DNA from: Octopus vulgaris
Taxonomy: Eukaryota
NCBI GenBank assembly: GCA_951406725.2
Contig: OX597826.1
Span: forward strand, 56,110,001-56,174,000
DNA length: 64,000 bases
Direction: 5' to 3'
The translations under genes were made by a program, and so were the position numbers. Positions 39,340 through 54,476 of the stretch are shown piece by piece (position 1 is the first letter of the stretch; each line of letters opens with the position of its first letter). Below the pieces are notes generated by a model. It did not search any database. It saw nothing but the letters and a program-made list of their open reading frames with translations, and was not told where the DNA came from.

Positions 39340-42300
39340 TGAAGTAATATCATCAAATTAACAAGACACTACAACACTAAACTCTGTTACTGTAGCAGGA
39401 TAATGATGGAATTTCTATGCACTGGACGATACAAACAAAATATATGTATAAAAGAATACGAGGAAGATTAAGAAGAGAGATTTCTAAAGATGGAAATATT
39501 TAAAGAATTAAAAACATAGAAGGACTTGCCAGGGAAAAGTGAAGGTATCTTGCAAAGATAAAACTCAACGATAAATTAACGACAATAGAAATAGCAAACT
39601 TTCCTACCGCAGACTTAATAAAAATGGTTACGAACATCAATGTCACCAGGTTAAACGAAATAATATAGGCAGATACCATTAAAATTACAATAGAAAGTTG
39701 ATACGCTTTCAGATCTATTCATTTAGCAATGTCGAATCCCATGCAAATAACACAGAAAATAAACATGCAGAAAATGTGATAAATAAGAAAAAAGATCAAT
39801 CAGGCCTTAATGAAATTAATAACAAATTTACAGAACTGAAAAAAAAATGTAAAATATTACAAAAATATTACATAACAAAAATTCTATCCAAAATCAAAGA
39901 ACACCTGAAACAAGATATTAGCACTAAATCACGAAGAATCGGTTCGTATGAAAAGCGACAGCGTTCCTTTGATGAAACAAACTGTTTGGCTCCAGTCTAA
40001 AGCAATTTCATTATGAACTTGGTAAAAATAATATAAAAATCAATGCGCGTTCATGAGAAAGGGAGGTAGAGAAATTCTGAGAAATGATAAGAATAAGAAC
40101 GGCGTTACCACGGGCCAGATTATCTAAAATAATAAACACAACATCTGAGCAATTGTGGATGCTAAAACAGCACAAGATGTAACTCGGATGCTGCAGAAAA
40201 TCAAACAACTGGAAGACCTCCAGAGGATGATGAAATACGAAAGTCCTAGTTAAAATTCTTAACAAGGATACATAAGATGCATGCGAAGGTATTTGCTTTG
40301 GAAAATTACGGAGTCGAAGACAACACTTGATATTCTCACTGACTGAAGACCAAAGAAACGATAACACCTAAAAGTTTACCGAACCATAACCTGCCGTATG
40401 TTTTGCTCAGAAATACTTAACTGTGATGACATTGCAAAGAATAAATAATATTTGAAGGAAAATGGCCCAGTATTGCACAGAGGATACAAGAAAGACTCAT
40501 ATGTCCATAAAGGTTAAGTACTGATGAACAAAGCTATAGCCGAAGGTTACTGGCAAAAGAATGGTCTTAGAATAGAAGTGTTTGCCTACCGGAAGGCTTT
40601 TGATAGTATACCCTATATGTGAAACCTTGAAATGTTAGCCAGTATAGCACCAATAACAAGGCGACAACACCTAAACGCCACAACTAAATGCAATCAACTC
40701 TGCAAGCACATATGTGGGAAAAGAAAAATTAACGCCGATACTATTAGATTAGAAATATTCTACGCATACTCACAGTCCTTCACACACGCTCACCCAAATT
40801 CACACCCTTTTTCTCTTTATCGTACTCTCTTTCTCTCTGTTTCTCTGTTTCTGTCTCTCTTTCTCTATCTCTCTCTTTCTCTCTCTCTTTCTTCACTCAT
40901 TTTTCTTTCTTGTTTTATGACCTTTAACCAACACATTGAGCTAATCTAAACTCGAATGCAAATGAAATGGCAGAACAGTCAACCCCCTTTTGCACTTTGA
41001 AGCTGATGCGCAACTAGAAACACTGCTTCAGACATTACCTGGATTTGCTAGAGAAATTAATATCAGAATCGGATAAGAAAAATGCACTTAGACAACTTTG
41101 AAGAAAAAAAATTACTTAAGATCAATAAAGCGATAGATAAAGAAACGAAGATAAGAGAATTATAACAAATACAATCTTACGAATACTTAGGAATCAATAA
41201 GTCACAGTGAAGCGCACACAAATGAAATAAAATGTTTGGAAAGTATGATATAGATTAATATTTAAAGCTGAGGTAAATCAGAAAATTAGATAATAAGTAT
41301 TAATGCCGTAGCTGTTACATTAATAAGTTAATGTTATTATACTCTCAACTGAATGCCAAACGAATTAGAAGACTAGACAGACAAAACTACGAAAAATAAT
41401 GACAGCATTTACAGTGTTCCACCTTAGTTTGAATTAGAAAAAACTGTATTTGCTACGAATGCAATATAGTCGTCGCCTTATGCGATGAGAACATTATGAA
41501 TAGCCATTGTAGGTCTACAAAACTATTTAATAAAAAAAATGTAAATAGCAATCAGTTCTGCAGGCACATATGTAGGAATAGAAAAATTAATTCCGATACT
41601 GTTAGATTAGAAATAGGCGCAGGAGTGGCTGTGTGGTAAGTAGCTTGCTAACCAACCACATGGTTCCGGGTTCAGTCCCACTGCGTGGCATCTTGGGCAA
41701 GTGTCTTCTGCTATAGCCCCGGGCCGACCAATGCATTGTGAGTGGATTTGGTAGACGGAAACTGAAAGAAGCCTGTCGTATATATGTATATATATATAAG
41801 TGTGTGTGTATATGTTTGTGTGTCTGTGTTTGTCCCCCTAGCATTGCTTGACAACCGATGCTGGTGTGTTTACGTCCCCGTTACTTAGCGGTTCGGCAAA
41901 AGAGATCGATAGAATAAGCACTGGGCTTACAAAGAATAAGTCCCGGGGTCGATTTGCTCGACTAAAGGCGGTGCTCCAGCATGGCCGCAGTCAAATGACT
42001 GAAACAAGCAAAAGAGTAAAAGAGTAAAAGAGCTACAAAATACAAATAATGCAAAAAAACCTTTTCTCTCTTCAAGGAAAGCAACAAATACAAAACAGAG
42101 ATTGAAATGAGTGGAAGTTGTGAGAAGAAAAAGAAGCAGCAAGCAAAAATGTGGAAAGGCTATAAGCTAAGCTAAAAGAGGAGCAACAGGCCTACCATAC
42201 TAAAACAATAGCTATATACTGGCTGAGACGGGGAGATTGTTGGCTTCTTGAATTGTGCACAAGATCCAAACCTTCTCATTAGACTTCAACATTCCTGTAA

Positions 42301-42870
42301 TGAAATATAATACGTTATGTTATATGGTGACTTTGAAGAAGCAAAGGTCTCCTTTCTGGCTGTTTAGTCTTAGCCAAAAGAGATTATTTCCTACAGGGAT
42401 GACAGTGCAGTGCTGTTAATCTCATACTCTGGTAGATTTACCAGCATTATGTTATATCAACATGATAAATGGTAGTGTTGGCATACAACAGGAAAAGGTC
42501 TCGGTGATTAACAAAAGAGGCATACTCAGAAAGCGACCAAATGCTAGTCTACCAGTTATTATCGAGGACGGCCAGGAATATGCTTCTTAGGCGGAGAATC
42601 ATTAAAAGTAAATGATAATGTATCTCCCAATGAAATCTAGAAAATATCCATATATTATCCATATATTAAGATCTGTGAATAGAGACAACCAGAATGAATT
42701 ATCTATAATCTGATACATCATTATAATGATAGGTGTCTTGAGAATGATGAGAAAACACGAATAGAGGAAATACTTAACTAAAACCACAAGACTTCCATAA
42801 CATACAGGGAGAAAGCACTAACAGGCACTGTACGCACTTATTACGTAGATTATATTCAGCATAATGGAAA
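39340..42870 (+). pseudogene. Long decayed R4/Dong-type LINE ORF (RT plus restriction-like endonuclease)
   Basis: Ordered remnants YRTITC (40377), LMNKAI and YRKAFDSIP (40520-40612), SYEYLGI (41175), LDR.LRKIMT (41373), AQDPNL (42257), IGVL...KALTGTVR (42730-42850); many stops and frameshifts; interrupted by a CT microsatellite and a SINE. Confidence 0.82.
41615..42032 (+). mobile_element. SINE family A, full length, nested in the R4/Dong LINE
   Basis: Near-identical to 845-1231. Confidence 0.93.
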
Positions 42871-43418
42871 ACTTAAAACGAAAGCAAAATTCTGCGAGTA
42901 TCCAAGCACACAAATCTGCTCTCCGTAATGCATGCCGATAATAATGATAATCAAATAATAAGGAGAATTCCAGTCATTGGTATGGAAGAATGTTCAGTCA
43001 ATTAATGCCATTATAAGCTAATATTTTCTGAATCAGAGTACCTAAATAGTTGTCATTTATCTCCAGTTTTCCTTCATGATGTTACGCCTAAATAGCGTTG
43101 TGCTCCATCATTGAAAGAATTGCAGTCAGCATCCCAGCGGTGCCACTATTCTGAGCGATGAAATATGCCACCTTTCGAAACTATAATGTATACACACACA
43201 CACACATATACACACATACACACATATATATAAGAGGTTCTCTCATACGTACATATATAAATACATATATATATATACGTATATATGTGTGTGTGTGTGT
43301 TTGCGTGTGTGTATATGTATGTATGTAAGTATGACCTTATACGTTTGTCCATTCATACATGCATATATAAATACATATATTAATATATATACATATGAAA
43401 TATATATATATAGATACT

Positions 43419-43453
<35 letters not shown>

Positions 43454-43671
43454 ACATATATATATATATGTATGTATGTAAGTATGACTTTATATATTTG
43501 TCCTTTCATACATACATATATACATACATATATTTATATATATACTTATGAAATATATATACATACACACACACATACATATATATATCTGAGAGGTCCT
43601 ATGAATTTATGTTTGTATGTATATACATGTAATGTATACATACTTATAGTTATATACATGTATAAAAATAA

Positions 43672-43728
<57 letters not shown>

Positions 43729-44351
43729 CATACATATATATCGATATATGTTTGCGTGTGTGTGCGTATGTATGTATGTGTGTATATGTATATACATAGA
43801 TATATATCATCCATACATATACATGCAGAATGATTTCGTTGAGCCATAGCGATAGCATTAACCAGTTCTTAGAACACAATACCCTTGTTCTTCACAGCAT
43901 CAGTAAGACCCGCCCGACGGTAAAGAGGCGTGATTTGTTCGGCGTTCTCTTCTCCGGACACATATAAACCAGGAGGTCCGTCCAGAGTGTAATATTAATT
44001 AATTAATTAATTACTGACAAGAGAACCAGCGTTACGTAATCACTTTTATTAACCATTACGTAACAATTCCCGTTCTTTTATCATTCATTTATTAATTAAT
44101 ATACACACACATGTACACGCACATTTTGCCATCTATAAACAAGATTGCATATTTGAATCAATGTTTCGTTTAAGCACCATTTTGGGCAACTGTAGTCACC
44201 AATAAATTTAGAGTAACAGAAAACTACCCAGCCGTGTCAAACTCAATGAACTTCTATCGCGAACATGTATATTATGCATTTTTATGTGTCTGCATCACGA
44301 AATATAAACAAAAATAACACATACATATATACATAGATACATATATTTATG

Positions 44352-44392
<41 letters not shown>

Positions 44393-44461
44393 GCATTCAT
44401 ATATATATACATACATATAAAAATATGTATGTATGTATATATATATATATATATATGTATT

Positions 44462-44498
<37 letters not shown>

Positions 44499-44522
44499 AT
44501 ACCTACCTACATACATACATAC

Positions 44523-44571
<49 letters not shown>

Positions 44572-44744
44572 CTGTGTGTCTGCATATGTGCGTTTGTGTG
44601 TATGTTTATATGTATATGTGTGTGATTTGCCTATATAAGTAACCATTAATACTACATCTACAACTACTACTAGTACTACTACTAATAATAACAATAACAA
44701 CAATAATAACAGTATTATGATTGTTATTATTAACATGGGTTTCA

Positions 44745-44852
44745 CGTTGCCTTTCATCCTCTTGGGATCGATAAAATAAAGTACCAATCAGGTACTGGGT
44801 TTTCGATTTAATCGCCTCTACCTTCTAACCTTTCAAATTTATGGGCATGTAC
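44745..44852 (+). mobile_element. SINE family B 3' fragment
   Basis: TTGCCTTTCATCCTCTTGGGATCGATAAAATAAAGTACCA. Confidence 0.7.
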
Positions 44853-44857
44853 GAACA

Positions 44858-45071
44858 TTATTATTGTTGTTAGTATTATTATTATTGTTATTATTATCCT
44901 TATTATTATTATTATTATTATTATTATGACTACTATTATTGTTTTCCTCATCATCAACATCATCATCACCACCACCATCATCATTACCCTTCTCCTCCCC
45001 CTCCTCCTCCTCATCATCATCGTTTTCATCATCATTATTATTATTATTATCATTATTATTATTATTATTAC

Positions 45072-45110
<39 letters not shown>

Positions 45111-45124
45111 TGTTATTATTATTA

Positions 45125-45179
<55 letters not shown>

Positions 45180-45224
45180 TGCTACTACTATTGTTGTTTT
45201 CATCATCATCATCACCATCATCGT

Positions 45225-45295
<71 letters not shown>

Positions 45296-45321
45296 CCACC
45301 ACCACCACCATGATCGCCATT

Positions 45322-45379
<58 letters not shown>

Positions 45380-45683
45380 CCACCACCACCATCACCATCA
45401 TCATCATTGCTGTTGCAATGTCTATATTCCATGTTAGTCTCCATTAGTTCGCTTTGCCTCATTCACCAGCAGACATGGACCTGGCGTCAGGTAAGATTTA
45501 TTCCCATAAACGAACAACGCCAGAGACAAAAAGCAACAACAACGACAACAACAACAAAAACAACAACAACAAAAACAACAACAACAAAAACAACAACAAC
45601 AACAACAGCAAGCAACTGCAATAACAAACTATCACACCATATGTAACAATAACAGCAATTACGTCAACAACAATAACAACAAT

Positions 45684-45717
<34 letters not shown>

Positions 45718-46049
45718 GCGGCAGCGGCAGCAACAACAACTAAAACATCAACTATGAACTGTAATAATAATACCAACAGCATCAGCAGCAGCAGCAGAAC
45801 CAACAACAGCAGCATTTTCAACGACCCACACCGAATAATAAATAACAAAACCAAACAATAGTATCATCATCATCATCAACAACAACAACGACAACAGCAG
45901 TAGCAGCAGCAGCAGTAGCAGCAACAGAAGCAACTAAAATACCAACTATGGACGGTGATCATTGCACCAACTGCAGCAGAAACAATATCAACAACAGCAG
46001 CAGAACAACAGCATCATTATCATCATCATCCTCATCATCATCATCATCG

Positions 46050-46129
<80 letters not shown>

Positions 46130-46138
46130 TTCATCATC

Positions 46139-46188
<50 letters not shown>

Positions 46189-46440
46189 CATCACCATCAT
46201 CATCATTATCATCTTCATCCTCCTCCTCCTCCTCCTCATCATCATCATCATCATCATCACCATCATCATCATTATCACCATCACCATCACCATCACCATC
46301 ATCATCATCATCATCATCATCCATCATCATCATCATCTTCATCATCATCATCACTATCACCATCATCATCATCATCATCATCATCATCACCATCACCATC
46401 ATCATCATCATCATCATCATCAACAACAACAACAACAGTA
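44858..46440. repeat. Compound trinucleotide field (TTA/CAT/CAC/CAA/CAG)
   Basis: Read directly; 44890-45430 is an inverted copy of 47993-48400. Confidence 0.9.
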
Positions 46441-47289
46441 GCTATCAGACCACAGGTAAGAACATCAACAAGAACGGCAATAACAATAATACCGTCCTCA
46501 AATTTAATGAGAGCGCTTTTACGTGATCTCTGGGTTTGCTAGAAATAGCTAGTAAATTACCCTTTAAATTGCAATCTACCGTCTTACGAAAAAAAAAAGG
46601 GATTACGTATGATAATGTAATGCTGGGTTCTCTGGACTTTAGTAGAAGACGTGGTGGTCTTGGATGGACTGCTCGATACGTGTAGGTATGGGGTTAATTG
46701 AACATCGACACCACAAGGCGGAATAACATCAAAGATAACGTCAACATTGAAAGAAGTGTAAAAATAGCAACAACAACAATACCAAATACGGAAACCTCAA
46801 CAACAACAACAGAAATATTAGCAACAACAACGTAAACAACATCAATGACATTAGCAACGTTAACAGCGAAAAAAAATCATCCATAACAACGACGATGACA
46901 GCGATGACAGCGATATCAACAACAATAACAAACGTTGTCTGCAATTTACAACCCTTTACTTAAAGTATTATCTCGGCGTGTCATGTTGATCGATGTTGAT
47001 ATAATCAGGGTGGATAGGGTGCGAGTGTGGGTAAGGGGGGGGGGCTGCCGTGAGGTGCGGGCGACGTTAGGGAAGTGGAGGTGTGCGTGTTCGGGTGAAG
47101 GTGTGAACGGGGTGGTAAATGAGGTAACTGAGTGCTGTTCTTCGTTTCACAATATTTCCATGTCAGGGAATCATGGCTGTTATAATTAAAATTCTACGTG
47201 TGTATATGTGTGTGTGTGTCTGTGTGTGTGTGTGTGTGTGTGTGCGTGTGGATGTGTATGAATGTGACTATAAGTTTGTCTGTGTGTGA

Positions 47290-47341
<52 letters not shown>

Positions 47342-47375
47342 GTTTTTTTGTGCTTTCTTGTTTGGTATATATATG

Positions 47376-47406
<31 letters not shown>

Positions 47407-47413
47407 GTATATA

Positions 47414-47483
<70 letters not shown>

Positions 47484-48019
47484 TCTGTGTGTATGTAAGT
47501 GCATTTTATGTGTATATTTATAAGATAGATCTATATTGAAATCTATGTGAGGGTAAATACGTGCCGGTGCAAACCCGAGCGCAGATATGATTGTTTTTAT
47601 AATTGTTCATAAATATTTTTAACCATGCAAGCGTTTGTGAGCATAAAAATGTTCCCACCTATATAAATTCCTCTTTACCTGGGTCTTTCATTCTCTATTC
47701 CATTATTTCACTGTCAAATATTTCACCATTCCAAAGACGAAGATAAACAAAAAGAAAAACAGAAACTGACACACTAGAGGGGAAAAAAACCCCCATAAAC
47801 TTCTGCGTTGAACATACGTATTTTCAGTTATTTTTTTGTTGCATGAAACGCAGCTGTGGTTGAATGGTTAAGACACCAGCTTTGAAGCGCATCATAGCGT
47901 GTTCAGTCCCACTTCCCAACACCTTGACCAAAATGTGTGTTTAGTATTACCCTGGGCTGGACAAATGTCATGTAAGTGAATTTGGTTGACGGAAATTGTA
48001 TAGACATTGCAACACCAAT

Positions 48020-48863
<844 letters not shown>

Positions 48864-49417
48864 GCCCTCATGCAATACCAGGCAGTGGCTCTCATAGCTT
48901 CTGATCTTAACTGATTGGAAGTGTCATCATGTACATTGTTTTGTCTTGGTATAAAGGATGGGCTACAGCAAATATTCTGCTCAATACCACAGATTTGCTT
49001 GTCAATTGTTTCACCTTAACCAGTTGAGCATGTCCCTTAGTGGCTGACGATATGTGCATCTCTGATCACGAGCAGAAGTAGTGGGGGAGCATCATAGCCA
49101 TGTGTTGAGAGGGATTCTTTGGGGTTTGAATAATTCACCTCTGGAAACATGGGTGGTTTGATCAACATCCTTAAACAACCCTTATTCAGGGACCGTTTGA
49201 GCGGGATGGGCTACTCGACCTGAAGAAAATTCTAACTGGGCCCCACCTGCAAGGTCATGTGCTGTTTATCTTGATATGAGATCACCATGTCGCGCACATA
49301 TGGTTGTGATGCATGTGCCTGGTGTACCCTTATCCGACGGGTAACCATGATGGGTATATTGGGCTTCGTATATTTTACCCCAGTGTCACTTTGATGGCAT
49401 GCACTGCTCTCTCACTC
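48864..49417 (+). mobile_element. 554-bp non-coding element inserted in (AAT)n, full-length copy
   Basis: Flanked on both sides by pure (AAT)n; shares both ends with 5851-6439 and the 3' end with 9064-9236; no long ORF, no TIR, no obvious A/B boxes. Confidence 0.88.
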
Positions 49418-49527
<110 letters not shown>

Positions 49528-49536
49528 TTATAATAA

Positions 49537-49750
49537 TACGAGGTGTTTAAATGTTCCTGACTTTAAGGGTGTCACGAAAGGCCTGGTTGGAGGCCCAACC
49601 TTCCGAATTCTTTTACAGAGCTTAGAAAAGATGAAGGACCGCTGAAATAAGTGTGTAGATCTGAAAGGAGAAGGTGTTGAATAAAATCATAATGAACTGA
49701 TCTGCCTATATTTTCTTTTCCCAAAGTCAGAAACTTTTCAGTACCCTTCA
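49537..49750 (+). mobile_element. Mariner-derived MITE
   Basis: Imperfect TIRs TACGAGGTGTTTAAATGTTCCTGACTTT / AAAGTCAGAAACTTTTCAGTACCCTTCA; interior encodes the transposase C-terminus LEKMKDR*NKCVDLKGEGVE*. Confidence 0.8.
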
Positions 49751-49751
49751 G

Positions 49752-49786
<35 letters not shown>

Positions 49787-50554
49787 TGTGTGTGTGTGAG
49801 TGTACGTGTATGTTTGTTCGTGTGGCCTTGTGTGTATGTGTGTATGTCCTTGTGCGTGTATTTCTTTGTGTGTGTATGTCCTTATGTGTATGTCCTTGTG
49901 TGTGTGTGTCAATTTGTCATTGTGTGTGTGTGTGTCCTTGTGTGTGTCTCCGTCTCTGTGTGTATCCTTGTCTGAGTATGTGCCCTTGTGTGGGTGTCAC
50001 ATTGTGGTGCATTTATGTGTGTCCTTGCGTGCGTGTGTCCGTGTGTGCGTGTGAGAGTTCTTGCGTGTGTATGTGTTTTGTGCGTTTGTATGTATTCTTG
50101 TGTGTGTGTATGTGTTCTTGTATGTGTGTGTGTGTGTGTGTCTTTAAGCTTGGCCTTACCACACGACAATCGATATTGGTTTATTTACATCCTCATCACG
50201 TAAAGGTTCGACAAAGATACCGACAGAAAAATGTACCTGACTTAAAATGAGAAACAACACAAGTACTAAGTCGATTTCTTCAGTTAAAATGATTCAAGAT
50301 GTCCTAGCATGGCCGCACAGCAAATAACTGATTAGCAAACAACAGACGGAAGTTAAAGATTTCGCAAGTTTATGCGTTTCTTATTTCCGCTACAACTGCT
50401 CCATTCCAACTTTCTATATTTCCCCATTTCTTTTATAAAGAGATAGTTCGACGTTGTTCGAGGGAAATTTAGCTGCTATTTTTCAAACTGTCCTCTGCGA
50501 TTATAGTCAATATTCACATATATAGCGTTCTGGGGATTCGTTTTATAGTCACTG

Positions 50555-50609
<55 letters not shown>

Positions 50610-50841
50610 CCACCCATAATTGGATACAACTCACCCAACAAGAACTACTACATGAACAAAACTTGACTTAAACAGGATTCAAATAATCCTATCAGGTGGG
50701 GCTATTAAGTTAGACACGGCTTGGACCAATCTTTGGTCGAAACACATCTAAGTTATCTAAGGTATATATATATATATATATAAATGGAAAAATATTATTG
50801 TGCGTGTGTGTATATGTATTTGTGTTTGTGTGTGTGTGTGT

Positions 50842-51099
50842 AATCAAAATAAGCAGCAAGTATAACCAGAGGTAATGCGGTACGACCGTTTCAAGCAAGT
50901 TCATTTAATTGAACAATGCAGTCATTACATCAATTTAGATGCACAGCAATCCTCAGCTGCATAGACATAGAATATAATTAAATTAAAAAAGATGGACACA
51001 TTAGTATAATTTTACCTAAAATCTCCAAGAAGGTAAGGAGATAGACAAAGAACATGCTGTCTTCACTTCAGCTTAGAAGCTTCTAAGCTGAAGCGAAGA
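50842..51099 (-). mobile_element. Miniature hammerhead-bearing insert with 5' terminal palindrome
   Basis: Lies between (TG)n and (GATA)n; 40-bp palindrome TCTTCACTTCAGCTTAGAAG|CTTCTAAGCTGAAGCGAAGA at 51060-51099; 3' part shared with 31747-31800. Confidence 0.75.
50875..50962 (-). ncRNA. Type I hammerhead ribozyme with extended stem II (slightly decayed)
   Basis: Minus strand ATGCAG-CTGAGGA-[57 nt]-GAAAC-ggtc-GTA^CCGCAT; the sister copy at 31747 has the better GAAACGATCGTA^CTGCAT. The base of stem II is mismatched. Confidence 0.68.
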
Positions 51100-51134
51100 T
51101 AGATAAATAGATAGATAGATATACATATACATAG

Positions 51135-51188
<54 letters not shown>

Positions 51189-51630
51189 ACATAAAGCTTA
51201 ATGGAGTCTGAAGGGAAGAAAGACAGAAATAAACAAATAATGTAGCAATAAAATATGTAATTAAATAATAAACATTGTCCAACTGATACATACGTAGATG
51301 CATGCAAATATATGTATACATACATGTGTATATATATTAATACACACGTACACGCACATGCACAAAGAGAGAAAAATATGCAGATGGATGGATAGATAGG
51401 TAGAAAACAATAAAAAGATGGCTAGACACACACACACACACACACACGCACACACATATACATATACATATATACATACATACATATATACATGCATATA
51501 TATATATACATTTATTAATATATATGTATATGTGTGTGTGTATATATATAGATAGATATATATATAGATATAGATATGCATTTGTACATTATATGTATTT
51601 ATGAGTCTGTCCATATATTTGTATGTATAT

Positions 51631-51679
<49 letters not shown>

Positions 51680-52206
51680 CATACATACATACATACATAC
51701 ATACACACAAACACAGACGCAAACACTCACACACTCACAAGCACATACATTCAATGATGGCTGTAATGCGAAAGCCAGTTTCCCAGACACTAGCCTCCCC
51801 ACCACCTCTGCCATCTCCTTCCGTTCCCCTAAGGTTTACCACCAGCACCACTGTAACCACCACCACCAGCACCACCACCACCACTACCACCACTAGTATA
51901 ACTACTTATACAACCATTGTGAATACGCAATACCTACAGTGTAGTGCGAAACAGTGAGATCATTAATGTAATTTACCGTCTAACCTATTGACGAACCGCC
52001 GGTAGATTATTATTGAGAGAAACATTGGTCTTAAACACCGCACTGCTGCTGCAGATGGTGATGCTGCTATCTGTACTGCTGCTGCTGCTACTGCTGCTGC
52101 TGGTGGTGGTGTTAGTACTCTTAGCGCTGTGACTGCAGACGTTGCTGCTGCTGTTTACCTGCTAGATTACACTTGCCACTCAATATTACGCATTTCAAAT
52201 ATACAA

Positions 52207-52291
<85 letters not shown>

Positions 52292-52303
52292 CATACATAT
52301 ACG

Positions 52304-52355
<52 letters not shown>

Positions 52356-52441
52356 GGTGTGTGTATACATACATGTATATATATATATGTATATATGTAT
52401 GTATATTTATATATATATATATATATACATATATATATACT

Positions 52442-52476
<35 letters not shown>

Positions 52477-52574
52477 ATATATAATATATATATGTATATA
52501 TATATGAGTGTGTGTGTGTGTGTATACGATACATATATGCATGTATATATATATATACACACACATATATGCAT

Positions 52575-52617
<43 letters not shown>

Positions 52618-52944
52618 CATATATATATATATATATATATATATGCGCATGTGTATGCGATATATGTCGTTTCTTCATGCTACAAAGAAAAAAAAACTCT
52701 TGTGCTAAAATCTCATCAAATCATCGCTATCTTACGCGTGTAAATGCACGCGCACCTGTGTGTGTGTGTGTCTGAGTGAGTGATTGTGAGTTTGTGACTG
52801 TGCATCTCTGAGAGTGTGTATGTTTGTGTGCGCCCGATTATGCACGTTGGTACACTTGTGCTTTGCGTGAGCGTGTATATTTATGTAATTATGTACTTAT
52901 GGAACGATATATACATACATGTATCTGTACATATGTATACCCGT

Positions 52945-53070
52945 GGCAGTGTGCTTCCCAACAGCATGGTTCTGGGTTCAGTCCCACTGCATGGCACCTT
53001 GGGTAAGTGTCTTCTACTATAGCCTTGTGATTGGATTTGCTAGATGGAAACTGAAAGACTCCCGTTGTAC
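52945..53070 (+). mobile_element. SINE family A 5' fragment
   Basis: CATGGTTCTGGGTTCAGTCCCACTGCATGGCACCTTGGGTAAGTGTCTTCTAC...GGAAACTGAAAGAC. Confidence 0.8.
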
Positions 53071-53119
53071 ATACATACACACACATACATATATATATGT
53101 ACGTATACATATATATATG

Positions 53120-53243
<124 letters not shown>

Positions 53244-53357
53244 GAGAGAGATAGATAGATAGATATACACACATATATATATATACGTATATATATCTCG
53301 ATATGTATGTATATATACATATATATCAATCTGTCTGTCTCCCTGTCTATCTATCTA

Positions 53358-53397
<40 letters not shown>

Positions 53398-53401
<4 letters not shown>

Positions 53402-53488
53402 GTTTTTGCTAGCAAAAACTGTCTGATGAACGGCAACGAGAAACTCAGAGTAACAGATTTTGTTGAATTTTCTGCTGCTTTAAATAAA

Positions 53489-53490
<2 letters not shown>
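53398..53490 (+). mobile_element. 93-bp hammerhead-bearing insert in (TA)n with 5' palindrome
   Basis: Perfect 26-bp palindrome GACAGTTTTTGCTAGCAAAAACTGTC (53398-53423) leads into the core; AATAAA near the 3' end; pure (TA)n on both sides. Confidence 0.8.
53419..53456 (+). ncRNA. Minimal type I hammerhead ribozyme
   Basis: CTGT-CTGATGA-ACG-gcaa-CGA-GAAACTC-a-GAGTA^ACAG; stem I extends AAAAACTGT/ACAGATTTT; GNRA loop on stem II, whose first pair is an A-A mismatch. Confidence 0.75.
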
Positions 53491-53530
<40 letters not shown>

Positions 53531-53705
53531 TTTCATTTATACCTTCATTTGTGTCAGTCATTTGATTGCGGCCATGCTGGTGCATCGCTTTTAGTCGAAC
53601 AAATCAACCCCAGGACTTATTCTTTGTAAGTCTAGTACTTATGCTATCGGTCTCTTAGGCGGAACCGGTGAGTTACGGGGACATAAACACACCAAAATCG
53701 GTTGG

Positions 53706-53761
<56 letters not shown>

Positions 53762-53765
<4 letters not shown>

Positions 53766-53988
53766 AATTGAGATAGGGGTTGTGAGTGCAACCCACCAAG
53801 GGATAATAATGATATTAATAGTAATGGCATTTTGTAACTTAATATAATGAACTCTTGACTTTGTGTATATATGTACATTTGCATATAGATATGTGTATCT
53901 TTGTATATTGTAATATTCTAACATATTGATTTGACCAACTGTAACATTGAATATAGAATATATGTATGTATATTGTTGTATATTATTA

Positions 53989-54032
<44 letters not shown>

Positions 54033-54476
54033 AGCATGGGTATATGCACTCATATGTATGTGTATATTATATATTATGGGTATACACCCACTCTTGTATA
54101 GGTGTACCTCCTCTGATATTCATATTTAGATTGTACTTTATAATCTCTGAAGAGGCCTTGGGATATTTTTGTAAGTGTCTCATTTATAACCACATATTAA
54201 CTTATCACACCTGGCTAATATGAGCATGATGAGATACCCATATCTACATGGCTGAAACAGCTGTAAGATGTAGTTTATATTTATATTTATATTTATTTAT
54301 ATTCACGTATACATATTGTAATTATTGTATCATATTACTCATTGATGTGCATTGTTTTGTTCTGTACTATTATGTCTGACCTTGACGTTCATATGTAGTG
54401 GATTAATAAATTATGTGATTGGGTATTATCTGGTAGTTGATTATTGATTAATGTGTATTTCTCCATTTTCTTATTT

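Noticed and set aside
43320-43590. ~155-bp tandem duplication in microsatellite DNA (similar cases at 60680-60900 and a degenerate ~180-bp one at 63390-63760)
   Set aside because: Real but ordinary slippage or unequal-exchange products.
45948-46526. Poly-Ser ORF starting MDGDHCTNCSRNN with a downstream donor-like site
   Set aside because: Almost entirely (CAT)n, the repeat phase shifts near 46320, and there is no homology; unsupported as a CDS.
50724-50752. GACCA-atctt-TGGTC-GAAACAC stem II and half core in a TA-embedded island
   Set aside because: No CUGANGA upstream; may be a relic of the same class but cannot be called.
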